Below, one piece after another: positions 9,273-16,733 of a stretch of DNA of 24,000 bases. Location: positions 77,400 through 101,399 of the forward strand of contig JBHIAE010000006.1 of the NCBI GenBank assembly GCA_046758445.1. Reading direction: 5' to 3'. The notes under the pieces are model-generated. The model was not told where the DNA came from. It ran no database searches and saw only the letters and a program-made list of their open reading frames with translations. The position numbers were made by a program, and so were the translations under genes. Positions within the stretch are counted from its first letter, which is position 1. Every line of letters begins with the position of its first letter. This DNA comes from Candidatus Thorarchaeota archaeon (GTDB lineage: Archaea; Asgardarchaeota; Thorarchaeia; Thorarchaeales; Thorarchaeaceae).

Positions 9273-9536
9273 TCAAGCTACCTTCCTTTAGAGATTAGGT
9301 TGGCAAAATGCAGTAGACTGTTAGGCTGGTCTGCTTGACTAACATTCTATTTAGCATTTGCATCCATTGGGACTTGAGTCCAGAGGAATATGCGATGCTG
9401 CAACTGTAATCCCGTGTGCCCGGAAATGCACCTTGACTAGGCCTTATAACCACAGGGTTCCATGTGTATGGCAGTTTGGACTGTCGGACTCACTGCTATG
9501 TGCGCCGAGAGTTCACGAGAACCTGCAAGAGGTGAA

Positions 9537-9938
9537 ATGATGTCTTTCGTAACAGACGAGATGAGAGCTTTCGTAAAGGAGGTTTCCAGAGGCCTTGTAG
9601 GCACAATTGATGAGAATGGTTTTCCCCATGTCACGATCAAGAATGGTAGATTGAAGAAGGATGGGTCATTAGAGCTTTGGGGAGTCTTCGGAGAGGAAAC
9701 AGTATCGAACATCAAACGAAACCCCAGAATCTGTGTCACCTTCGCCGATTTCGACAAGGCCTGGGGCTACCGCTTCAAAGGAAGAGGAGAGGTGGCCACG
9801 AGCGGAGAGAAGTTTAAGAAGGTGCGAGCAAATCTAGGGAAGTTCGGATGGGTCTTGAAGGAGCTTATCATCGTGGAGGTAGAGGGCATATCACTCATAT
9901 CTCAGGAACTTGGTGAGGTCAACAAGAGAATCTTCTAG
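9537..9938 (+). CDS. Pyridoxamine 5'-phosphate oxidase-like FMN-binding split-barrel protein
   Basis: MSFVTDEMRAFVKEVSRGLVGTIDENGFPHV...IKRNPRICVTF fits the PNPOx-family N-terminal pattern. ATG 9537 sits just after GAGGTGA; the track ORF start at 9462 has no ribosome-binding site. Confidence 0.6.
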   Translation: MMSFVTDEMRAFVKEVSRGLVGTIDENGFPHVTIKNGRLKKDGSLELWGVFGEETVSNIKRNPRICVTFADFDKAWGYRFKGRGEVATSGEKFKKVRANLGKFGWVLKELIIVEVEGISLISQELGEVNKRIF

Positions 9939-9977
9939 AGAATACTAACTCCGTCCTTGCATACCTTAGTGCCAGAG

Positions 9978-10799
9978 CTAGAGAAGGCCATTAAGACCGA
10001 ACGCATTCTCTACAAGCTCCGAGAATCTTCTGGCAAACCTAGCAGCTGGGGCACCATCAACAGTATCATGATCAACTGAAATTGTGACGCTGAGATACTC
10101 GCGTGCCTCAATCTTATCATTTACAATGCCAGGTTTCTTTGCGATACCTCCAATCGTGATTATCAAGGGGTGCGGCGCTATTGGAATCGCGTAGCCGCCT
10201 GATTGACCAAACATGCCTACAGATGTTACCATCACGGTTCCCAAGGTCTTCTTGACGAAGAATGGGTTCTTGAGTTGTCTATAGACAAGATTCCTCAGAA
10301 ACTTGGGAAACGAGGGGAAATACTTGGCAAGTCGCATTGTCAAGGACTTCTCCTCCAGGCCTTCAACTTCAATCTCATCTTGTATGTTCTTTCCTTGGGC
10401 CGTGCGAATCTCTTGAGTCATTTCCAGGACGGTCTTCTCGTTCGTTTTCCTGATAATTGATGGATAAGGAGTCGTGTCACGTTTTTGTCGCTTCTCTACC
10501 GGTATCGATATGTCTACGTCGTCGAAGATGATGAGCTCTTTCCTGCCCTTTCTGAGTGCATGGACATGTTTGTGTTCGGTTACTGCTTGAGCGACACATT
10601 TCGAAATCCACGCTGTGAATGAAATCTCTCCCCCTTCTCTCTCTTTATATGATCGAATGATCTTGCGACCTTCGGTCACGTCTAGTTCAAAGAGACCCTT
10701 GACGTGATGCTTGCGGGCACTTAACTCCATATTATCAATCAGTATGATATGGTTCTTTGGAAAGCGTATCACTTCATAGCGTTCGGTCTTGTCGTCCAT
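9978..10799 (-). CDS. 2-oxoacid dehydrogenase acyltransferase (E2) catalytic-domain protein, standalone
   Basis: 273 aa. C-terminal catalytic motif SVDHDTVDGAPAARF (DHxxxDG of the E2/CAT-like fold). No lipoyl or subunit-binding domain upstream. Confidence 0.7.
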   Translation of the reverse strand: MDDKTERYEVIRFPKNHIILIDNMELSARKHHVKGLFELDVTEGRKIIRSYKEREGGEISFTAWISKCVAQAVTEHKHVHALRKGRKELIIFDDVDISIPVEKRQKRDTTPYPSIIRKTNEKTVLEMTQEIRTAQGKNIQDEIEVEGLEEKSLTMRLAKYFPSFPKFLRNLVYRQLKNPFFVKKTLGTVMVTSVGMFGQSGGYAIPIAPHPLIITIGGIAKKPGIVNDKIEAREYLSVTISVDHDTVDGAPAARFARRFSELVENAFGLNGLL

Positions 10800-10966
10800 C
10801 TCAATACCTTTTCGACGCTGATTGTGTTTCGCTAACGACTAACTGACTAAAAAGGAGCTATAGTTGCATGCACAGTGGGATTCGTACCAACTAATGATTC
10901 GCGAACCGGCTATAGGTTTAAGAACTGACCAAACCATTAAGGCCTTAGAATGGAGAGAAATCCAAA

Positions 10967-11353
10967 TTGGAAGGTATGAGGCCGTCAAGTAGCCCCAGGG
11001 GCGTAGCTATCATTGCAGACATCCAGTTCCTATTTGGAATCGCGTACTTCTTACTGGGCCTGCTCGTCTTGTCCTTTGCCATTTCCTTAGGACTCCTGTT
11101 GATAGTTGGAGGGGTCGTCCTCATTGCCATGGGATGGGCACTTCGAGATCTGCATACCTGGGCATGGTGGGGGAGCGTTTTGACAAATGTTGGATTGCTG
11201 GTTGGAGTACTTGTCGCGGTGATGATGGACATCTCTTTGGCCAGCAGCACTCTATTCAGCAATATCATAGGTGTAGCAATGGCTGTCGGTATCATAGCCT
11301 ACCTCTCAACATCAAAGGTTCGAAAAGAGTTCCGAATAGGACGCGCGAATTAA
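10967..11353 (+). CDS. Small 4-TM membrane protein, WAWW-motif family (paralog 3)
   Basis: 128 aa. GWALRDLHTWAWWGSVLTNVG and C-terminal IIAYLSTSKVRKEF. GGAAGG just upstream of the ATG. Confidence 0.6.
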   Translation: MEGMRPSSSPRGVAIIADIQFLFGIAYFLLGLLVLSFAISLGLLLIVGGVVLIAMGWALRDLHTWAWWGSVLTNVGLLVGVLVAVMMDISLASSTLFSNIIGVAMAVGIIAYLSTSKVRKEFRIGRAN

Positions 11354-11423
11354 AGTGGGATGAGTAGAGATCCTTGCCGACTATGACGCTTCCTCGACAA
11401 GTGATTCTGATTGGAATCTGTCG

Positions 11424-11969
11424 ATGGGACAGTCGAAATCGCGAAGGAAGATGGCAGACATGAGTAACCGACCGTCACGACTCCTGCATCAGGGAATGAA
11501 ATTGGTGAGCGCGCATAAGACGGAGGAGGCAGAGATTGTCCTGAGAAGGCTACTGGAAATCCAACCAGAGAATGCTGATGCTTGGTGGCTTCTAGGGAGA
11601 GCTCTTTTACTGCAGGGCCGACTCGAGGAGAATGTGGAGGCGTTCAGAAGGGCTGCAAAGCTGGTCCCTAACAGGGCTGAGCTGTGGGAAACCCTAGGCG
11701 TTGCCCTCATACGAGTGGGTGAAGTCACTGAAGGAAGAGATGCCTTCACAAGAGCTTTCGAGCTGGACAATAGCTCAGTGAGTATGTCGGAATACGAGTT
11801 TGGAAAGCTCATCGAGTATGAACCGGGAAACCCCCTGCTCTGGTTCGGGCTTGGTGTCGTGCTCGACCTTCAAGGCAGAATCGATGAGAGTAAAGTAGCA
11901 ATGCTGAAGGCTGAACGGCTTGGCCTCTCCGATGTGGTCCAAAAAGGCAGAGAAGAATCGAATAAGTAG
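11424..11969 (+). CDS. Tetratricopeptide-repeat (TPR) protein
   Basis: Repeated TPR consensus (AEIVLRRLLEIQPENADAWWLLGRALLLQGRLEENVEAFRRAAKLVPNRAELWETLGVAL...). ATG 11460 lies 9 nt after GAAGGAAG and may be the true start. Confidence 0.75.
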   Translation: MGQSKSRRKMADMSNRPSRLLHQGMKLVSAHKTEEAEIVLRRLLEIQPENADAWWLLGRALLLQGRLEENVEAFRRAAKLVPNRAELWETLGVALIRVGEVTEGRDAFTRAFELDNSSVSMSEYEFGKLIEYEPGNPLLWFGLGVVLDLQGRIDESKVAMLKAERLGLSDVVQKGREESNK

Positions 11970-11970
11970 A

Positions 11971-12075
11971 TGGGGCCCGTGGCGGGAATCGAAATCGCGT
12001 CCCGCCTCGATGTGAGACAGAATCCCGCGGCAGAGGATCCACAGTCCTCTATGTTACCATTACACCACACGGGCC
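11971..12075 (-). tRNA. tRNA-His (GUG) with encoded G-1 and CCA and an approximately 30-nt insertion in the T-loop (putative non-canonical intron)
   Basis: Hand fold on the minus strand. G-1 pairs with C73; acceptor GCCCGTG/CACGGGC; D arm GTGT-AATGGTA-ACAT. Anticodon arm GAGGA-CTGTGGA-TCCTC; variable TGCC; T stem GCGGG/CCCGC; terminal CCA. Between the T-stem strands lie 37 nt ending in TTCGATT. Removing ATTCTGTCTCACATCGAGGCGGGACGCGAT leaves a canonical 7-nt T-loop. Confidence 0.75.
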
Positions 12076-12128
12076 ATTCCTGAGATTGGTGACGAGGAAA
12101 CGCTCAAGGACTTCGGCTTATTAGGTTA
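12022..12128. repeat. Direct repeat copy A (tRNA-His 5' two-thirds plus about 53 nt of its upstream region)
   Basis: Ungapped alignment by eye to 12759-12865 (offset 737 nt) at roughly 80% identity, including an identical 17-mer TCCTCTATGTTACCATT. Confidence 0.8.
12117..12125 (+). promoter_or_regulatory. CTTATTAGG TATA-like box about 45-50 nt upstream of tRNA-His (reads CCTAATAAG in tRNA orientation)
   Basis: Exact copy of the 9-mer also found at 6631-6639 (minus strand) and 18979-18987. Degenerate in the duplicate (CCTATTAGA at 12854-12862). Confidence 0.35.
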
Positions 12129-12191
12129 CCGTTGATTGTTTCTTACACGGCCTTAGCGCCGTTGGGCTCTGACCATTTCTGATGGATTCAG

Positions 12192-12629
12192 TTAATCAAC
12201 AGTGTTTATGGATTCCCGTTGTTGCTCGGCTCTCATGAGTTTAATGGGTCCGTACCAGTGTCGTAGTACAAGAATCAGCATGCAGACAGTTCCCAGAAGT
12301 GCAAAGGCCAAATCCACTACTAGATAATGCACGGTAATAAGAGTCACTCCCGCAGCGATGCCCCACCAAAGAATGGTAATTGCGGCACATATCAGGAAAC
12401 CATACAAATAGAATTCGCCACCAGGAGATGAGAACACATTCGCCGCAATCAAAAGTCCTCCGAGGATAAACGCGACTGCGAAGATTTCTCCAAGTGAAGA
12501 AATGTACACACCATACACTATGTTCAATTGACCATAAAGCAGAATCAGGAACATCGCAGGACTTTTGGGACCTCCCAGATAGAAAGGAATCTCATCGGTC
12601 TGTGGTTCCATACCCATGTCGTTAGTCAT
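12192..12629 (-). CDS. Hypothetical polytopic membrane protein
   Basis: 145 aa with four hydrophobic spans. ATG preceded by GGAGGT. Contains ILWWGIAAG, loosely reminiscent of the WAWW family. Confidence 0.55.
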   Translation of the reverse strand: MTNDMGMEPQTDEIPFYLGGPKSPAMFLILLYGQLNIVYGVYISSLGEIFAVAFILGGLLIAANVFSSPGGEFYLYGFLICAAITILWWGIAAGVTLITVHYLVVDLAFALLGTVCMLILVLRHWYGPIKLMRAEQQRESINTVD

Positions 12630-12740
12630 GATTCATACAACCTCCGAAACTAGCCACCTACTACTCGCTAGGCGATTAACAACTCCTAGCGTGAATACTG
12701 CTGTGAGAGAACTCCCAAAAAAGGATTATGAGTCTGACGA

Positions 12741-12812
12741 GCAATGAGAGGACTCACGAACCTGCGGCTGAGCATCCGCAGTCCTCTATGTTACCATTGC
12801 ACTACACGGGCC
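12741..12812 (-). pseudogene. Truncated, diverged tRNA-His-like copy (5' portion only)
   Basis: Minus strand reads GGCCCGTGTAGTGCAATGGTAACATAGAGGACTGCGGATGCTC... It matches the tRNA-His acceptor 5' strand, D arm and anticodon arm. The anticodon triplet is GCG, the anticodon stem has a G-G mismatch, and there is no T arm or 3' acceptor strand (no CACGGGC downstream). A T6 run follows at 12717-12722. Confidence 0.55.
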
Positions 12813-12865
12813 TTTGCTGGGACTGGTGGCGAAGGAATGCTCGAGGACTTCGGCCTATTAGATTA
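12759..12865. repeat. Direct repeat copy B (pseudo-tRNA plus upstream region)
   Basis: Partner of 12022-12128; see that entry. Confidence 0.8.
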
Positions 12866-12903
12866 TCCGTACAAGGCCAGGTTCTTTCACCAAGAATGAC
12901 TGG

Positions 12904-13464
12904 CTACTCATCGTAGAGCTCATCAAGCTCCTCCATTGCCAATGACGCTTTTCCTACCCGTTCTTCATCCTTTTGGGCAAGCACCGGACCCCTGACAAAA
13001 TGCACCAGGCCAATTCCAACCAGAAACTGAATTGGCAAAGGCCAGACAACACCAAGGACTGCGAAAGGAAAGGATGTAATTGAGAGCCAGACCGTTAGCA
13101 TGATTGATGGCATTATCAGACTGACAAGACCATACACAATGACGGTTGACTTGCTCCCCCAATCCTGATAGAATCTGACAACTTTCAGCGCAAAGACCAT
13201 GTTGAACACACTGAAGGATACAGTGAACAACAGGACATCTGGGCGAATGAAGGCTATTAGGAACGGGTCGTAAGGCCGTGGTGTAAATACCCACAACAAT
13301 GAGTAGAACACGTCTTCGGGGTAGAAGAAGTCCTGAAGGAACATCCATGACAGATCTCTGGGAATGACACCATATGGGACAAGAAGTGTGATAATAATCA
13401 TGATCTCGGCTATCTGTGTGGGACTCACACCATAGAGTTCAACATTGGGACTAGTCCTACCCAT
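12904..13464 (-). CDS. Hypothetical polytopic membrane protein with acidic C-terminal tail
   Basis: Multiple hydrophobic spans and tail AMEELDELYDE. The track ORF starts at GTG 13575, but that N-terminal 37 aa is basic and low-complexity. ATG 13464 (MGRTSPNVELYG) leaves a 157-bp divergent promoter region containing TACTATATGA. Confidence 0.5.
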   Translation of the reverse strand: MGRTSPNVELYGVSPTQIAEIMIIITLLVPYGVIPRDLSWMFLQDFFYPEDVFYSLLWVFTPRPYDPFLIAFIRPDVLLFTVSFSVFNMVFALKVVRFYQDWGSKSTVIVYGLVSLIMPSIMLTVWLSITSFPFAVLGVVWPLPIQFLVGIGLVHFVRGPVLAQKDEERVGKASLAMEELDELYDE

Positions 13465-13621
13465 GACGGCTCCCAATCCTTTTCGATTGCCAAATGACAC
13501 TCGAAGATTCCGACTTCTTTGCCTATCAATGAATCGACATTCCTTACTATATGAGTTATTACTAGCTTTTTGCACTACATTCGCACTACGGAGTTAGAGC
13601 GGATCGTGGAGGTTTACCATC

Positions 13622-14173
13622 ATGGAAGAATCGAAGCAGAACAGAGAGAAGCTAGAACATATGTTTAGACAAGATGGTTTCGACGATTTCAAGTGGATAG
13701 ACCCTCGAAATATCATTGTGGCCCAATGGGTTCGCATGAAGTGCATGTATGGGTGTTCAAATTACGGCATGGGCGCATGTTGTCCTCCCAATGTGCCTTC
13801 GGTTTCGGACTGTGAACAATTCTTCAAGGAATTTCGACAGGCTACGATATTTCATTTCGTCGGACAGATGGAGGATCCAGAGGACCGCCACGCTTGGAGC
13901 AAGGAGATTAACCTAAAGCTGTTGGATGTTGAAAAGAAAGTCTTCCTCGACGGTCATGAGAAGGCGTTTCTCTTGTTCATGGACACATGTGAGATATGTG
14001 AGGAGTGCACCGGAGATAGAGAATCATGCAAGCATCCAAAGCTTGCTCGACCTCCGCCTGAGGCGCTGGCTGTTGATGTTTTCAGCACTGCAAAACAAGT
14101 CGACTATCCAATTGAAGTCCTGAAGGACTACCAAGAGGCAATGAACCGCTACGCAATCCTGTTGATTGACTGA
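13622..14173 (+). CDS. Cys-rich predicted metal-binding protein (DUF2284-like)
   Basis: 183 aa. CMYGCSNYGMGACCPP and CEICEECTGDRESCKHPKLARPPPEALAVDVF match my recollection of the DUF2284 cysteine pattern. GGAGGT 8 nt upstream of the ATG. Confidence 0.6.
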   Translation: MEESKQNREKLEHMFRQDGFDDFKWIDPRNIIVAQWVRMKCMYGCSNYGMGACCPPNVPSVSDCEQFFKEFRQATIFHFVGQMEDPEDRHAWSKEINLKLLDVEKKVFLDGHEKAFLLFMDTCEICEECTGDRESCKHPKLARPPPEALAVDVFSTAKQVDYPIEVLKDYQEAMNRYAILLID

Positions 14174-14299
14174 TACTCAGACAACGTGCCAGCTACGCAG
14201 ACCATCAAAGATACTATCCTCTGACTCAAGAAGCCATCACAACGGTTAACACCCTTTGAGGATTTCTCCAGGCAAAGGCCTACTCCGGGAGACGATATC

Positions 14300-15481
14300 A
14301 TGTTCGAAGAGCAGGGAATGGACAGATGGGCCGTTGTTGAACAACTGGACCTGATGCTTGAAAGAGACTCGACCTATTTCTCAGGCCATCCAATCGCTTC
14401 GATGTCCACAATACCCCATCCACTCAGCGTCGAGATATTCTCAAAGACTCTCGAGAGTAACGCGGGCCGTATGCACACACTCAGGGAGTCTGAACAGATT
14501 GAAAGAGAGGTCATTGAGATGCTTGGTGACCTCTTCCACCTGAAGACCTCGTATGGTACTACAACCTCAGGAGGAACTGAATCCAACCTACTCGCAATAC
14601 TCTCCGGACGTGAGATGGCAACTAGGAGGACCAAGAACCCGGAGGTCATCGCACCAAGGTCTGCCCACTCTTCGGTAGATAAAGCCGCATGGCTATTGGG
14701 AGTGAAGCTTGTCAAGACAAGAGTGGACAAACAGTACAAGGCAGTTCCCAAGGCAATTGAGAAGGCAATAACGAAGAACACAATCAGTATCATAGCTACA
14801 GCTGGAACGACCTATCTAGGACAGGTAGATCCAATAGAAGAGATCGGCAGGATTGCCCGAGAGAAAAAGATACCGCTTCACGTGGATGCAGCTTTCGGCG
14901 GTTTTGTCATACCTTTTCTTCGACAGCTCGGATGGCGTACCTATCCATTCGACTTCGAGGTCAAGGGTGTCACTAGCATCAGTGTTGACCCACACAAGAT
15001 GGGACTTGCACCAATACCTGCTGGTTGTATAGTCTTCAGATCTAGGAAACACCTAAAGGCAGTAACTAAGAATATCCCATACCTTCGGGGGGCGAGTGCA
15101 ACTCAGGCATCAATCCTGGGTACAAGACCTGTTGCGTCAATTCTCGCCACATGGGCAATCATGAAGCACCTTGGGAGAGCAGGGTATAGAAAGATGATTC
15201 GAGAATGCATGGACCGAACACTTCTCGCGAAGGAGAGGGTAGAAGATAATCCGATGTTGAGTCTTGCAATCGACCCGGTAATGAACATCCTAGGCGTCAT
15301 GAGCAAGGAAGTGCCAATAGATGTGGTCGTCAAAGAGATGGAGAAGATAGGATGGCGCATGGCGACGTCTCCGGCCCCTCCATCAATCAGGGTCGTTGTG
15401 ATGCCTCACATGTCTACGGGAGCTTTGAATGCCTTCTTCAACGACCTAGACGTTGTGTCGACAACAATCCCTGCAGACTAG
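14300..15481 (+). CDS. mfnA: PLP-dependent group II decarboxylase, MfnA type (L-tyrosine/L-aspartate decarboxylase)
   Basis: 393 aa. TSGGTESNLLAI, HVDAAFGGFVIPF and the PLP-lysine motif SVDPHKMG. Size and N-terminus are typical of archaeal MfnA. Confidence 0.8.
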   Translation: MFEEQGMDRWAVVEQLDLMLERDSTYFSGHPIASMSTIPHPLSVEIFSKTLESNAGRMHTLRESEQIEREVIEMLGDLFHLKTSYGTTTSGGTESNLLAILSGREMATRRTKNPEVIAPRSAHSSVDKAAWLLGVKLVKTRVDKQYKAVPKAIEKAITKNTISIIATAGTTYLGQVDPIEEIGRIAREKKIPLHVDAAFGGFVIPFLRQLGWRTYPFDFEVKGVTSISVDPHKMGLAPIPAGCIVFRSRKHLKAVTKNIPYLRGASATQASILGTRPVASILATWAIMKHLGRAGYRKMIRECMDRTLLAKERVEDNPMLSLAIDPVMNILGVMSKEVPIDVVVKEMEKIGWRMATSPAPPSIRVVVMPHMSTGALNAFFNDLDVVSTTIPAD

Positions 15482-15834
15482 GCGGGAGCGCTTATTGTTT
15501 CCTTGAGACTGGTAATCTCTTCCTCTAGGTCCTCCATGCGTTTGGACATATCCATCACGACCTGCAGAAGCATCGAGATGAGGTATCCGTAGTTCACGGA
15601 GTAACCCTTCTCTCTCACAATGATGTTTGCCTCCTCAAGCCTCCGTGCAATGTTCGTGATTGACTGCTTCGACACCTTTCTCTCCTTCACTTGCCGGTCG
15701 ACGACCTCTCGCACCTCTCCGGGACCCAAGGGACTTCCTTTGAGAGGACTGAGAAGACTATGAAGCATGACAAGACCTGCACTCATGCGTGGGTTCAGCA
15801 GCTTGGCAAAAGTTCGGTTCAGTTCAGCCTTCAA
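15478..15834 (-). CDS. Putative winged-helix transcriptional regulator with C-terminal coiled-coil
   Basis: FAKLLNPRMSAGLVMLHSLL resembles the ArsR-type N-terminal helix. SKQSITNIARRLEEANIIVREKGYSVNY resembles a recognition helix plus wing. TTG start at 15834, alternative ATG at 15786. Confidence 0.45.
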   Translation of the reverse strand: MKAELNRTFAKLLNPRMSAGLVMLHSLLSPLKGSPLGPGEVREVVDRQVKERKVSKQSITNIARRLEEANIIVREKGYSVNYGYLISMLLQVVMDMSKRMEDLEEEITSLKETISAPA

Positions 15835-16050
15835 CCTATCTAGCCCCCGTAGTTTGGATGACTAGCACTAGTACACGTTTCATTCATGAAAAAGCTTCCT
15901 GCACTGGTAGAACTCTGACGATGGGCTTGGAAAGAATGCCTTCATTCGAATACGTTTACTAGGCAATTTGCTTTCCACCATGTGGATTCGCATATCAGGT
16001 CAAAACAGTGAAAAGACGTGAGATGGTCTTCGCTCTTGTGAGTCTGTAAA

Positions 16051-16728
16051 TTGATTGGTGAATCCGGTCGAGTTGTGTTCGTCGCAGTCATCCATACTGA
16101 CACAGAGAGTGTAGAGCGTGTGAGGAGAATTGTAAGAGAAGTAAAGCCCGAAGTGGTGGCTGTTGAACTCGATCACGAGAGGTATAGACAGCTCTTGAAT
16201 CCTAACGAGAGCATGGAGAATTGGATACCACCACCTACAGGAGATGCAGTCCAAGATTTGATGCAGCATATGGCGTCACTTGAGAAGAGTCTTGGTGAAA
16301 CCACAGGGGCAGGGGTGGGAACAGAGATGCTTGCGGCTGTAGAGGAGGGGCGTAATGTTGGTGCAAAGATTGCCCTTGTGGACAGACCGATTCAAGCAAC
16401 CATGCAAGCCATCATGAAAGTCCCGCTTGACGAGATATATGGTCTCATGAACTTCCTCCCTGATGCGACGAAGGACATCAGTGATGGAACAGGAACCGAC
16501 ATCCTAAGCGTCCTGAAACAGGACGGGGCAATTGATGACCTTACGACTCAATTTGAGTCCGAATTTCCGGGCCTTGCAGACGCCTTGATTCACCAGAGAG
16601 ACCTCTATGTAGCACAAGCCCTCCACACCATCCTAAATGACATTGAAGGAAAGATAGTCGTTGTGCTGGGAGCAGGACACGTGGACGGCGTCAAGTCGAT
16701 ACTGACAGATTTGCTGGAGAAGGATTAG
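16051..16728 (+). CDS. TraB/PrgY/GumN-family protein
   Basis: VVFVAVIHTDTESVERVRRIVREVKPEVVAVELDHERY and VVVLGAGHVDG match TraB-family N- and C-terminal motifs. TTG start immediately after an in-frame TAA. Confidence 0.65.
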   Translation: MIGESGRVVFVAVIHTDTESVERVRRIVREVKPEVVAVELDHERYRQLLNPNESMENWIPPPTGDAVQDLMQHMASLEKSLGETTGAGVGTEMLAAVEEGRNVGAKIALVDRPIQATMQAIMKVPLDEIYGLMNFLPDATKDISDGTGTDILSVLKQDGAIDDLTTQFESEFPGLADALIHQRDLYVAQALHTILNDIEGKIVVVLGAGHVDGVKSILTDLLEKD

Positions 16729-16733
16729 GGCAT

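Noticed and set aside
9273-9536. The 264-bp intergenic region, with small ORFs 9156-9338 and 9358-9540, considered as a possible ncRNA or small-protein locus.
   Set aside because: I could find only weak 4-6-bp inverted repeats and no conserved RNA motif (no C/D boxes, no tRNA-like arms). The ORFs lack ribosome-binding sites. Most likely it is a divergent promoter region.
11424-11441. The N-terminus MGQSKSRRK of the TPR protein resembles a eukaryotic N-myristoylation plus basic-patch signal (Src-like MGxxxS).
   Set aside because: There is no ribosome-binding site before ATG 11424, whereas ATG 11460 has GAAGGAAG at ideal spacing. The motif is probably untranslated and could match by chance.
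12076-12758. Integrated mobile element bounded by tRNA-derived att repeats.
   Set aside because: There is no integrase, transposase or other element gene. The segment is only about 700 bp with one membrane ORF, and the repeat covers the 5' part and promoter rather than the usual 3' part. It is kept only as one low-probability explanation within the duplication finding.
12741-12812. Split-tRNA 5' half (Nanoarchaeum/Caldivirga style) awaiting a trans-encoded 3' half.
   Set aside because: A complete tRNA-His lies 737 nt away. The copy has a mismatched anticodon stem, and no complementary 3'-half gene (CACGGGC plus T arm) occurs elsewhere in the window. A pseudogene is the simpler reading.
12728-12916. 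62-aa plus-strand ORF.
   Set aside because: It overlaps the pseudo-tRNA and repeat copy B, and its sequence is explained by the tRNA-derived DNA.
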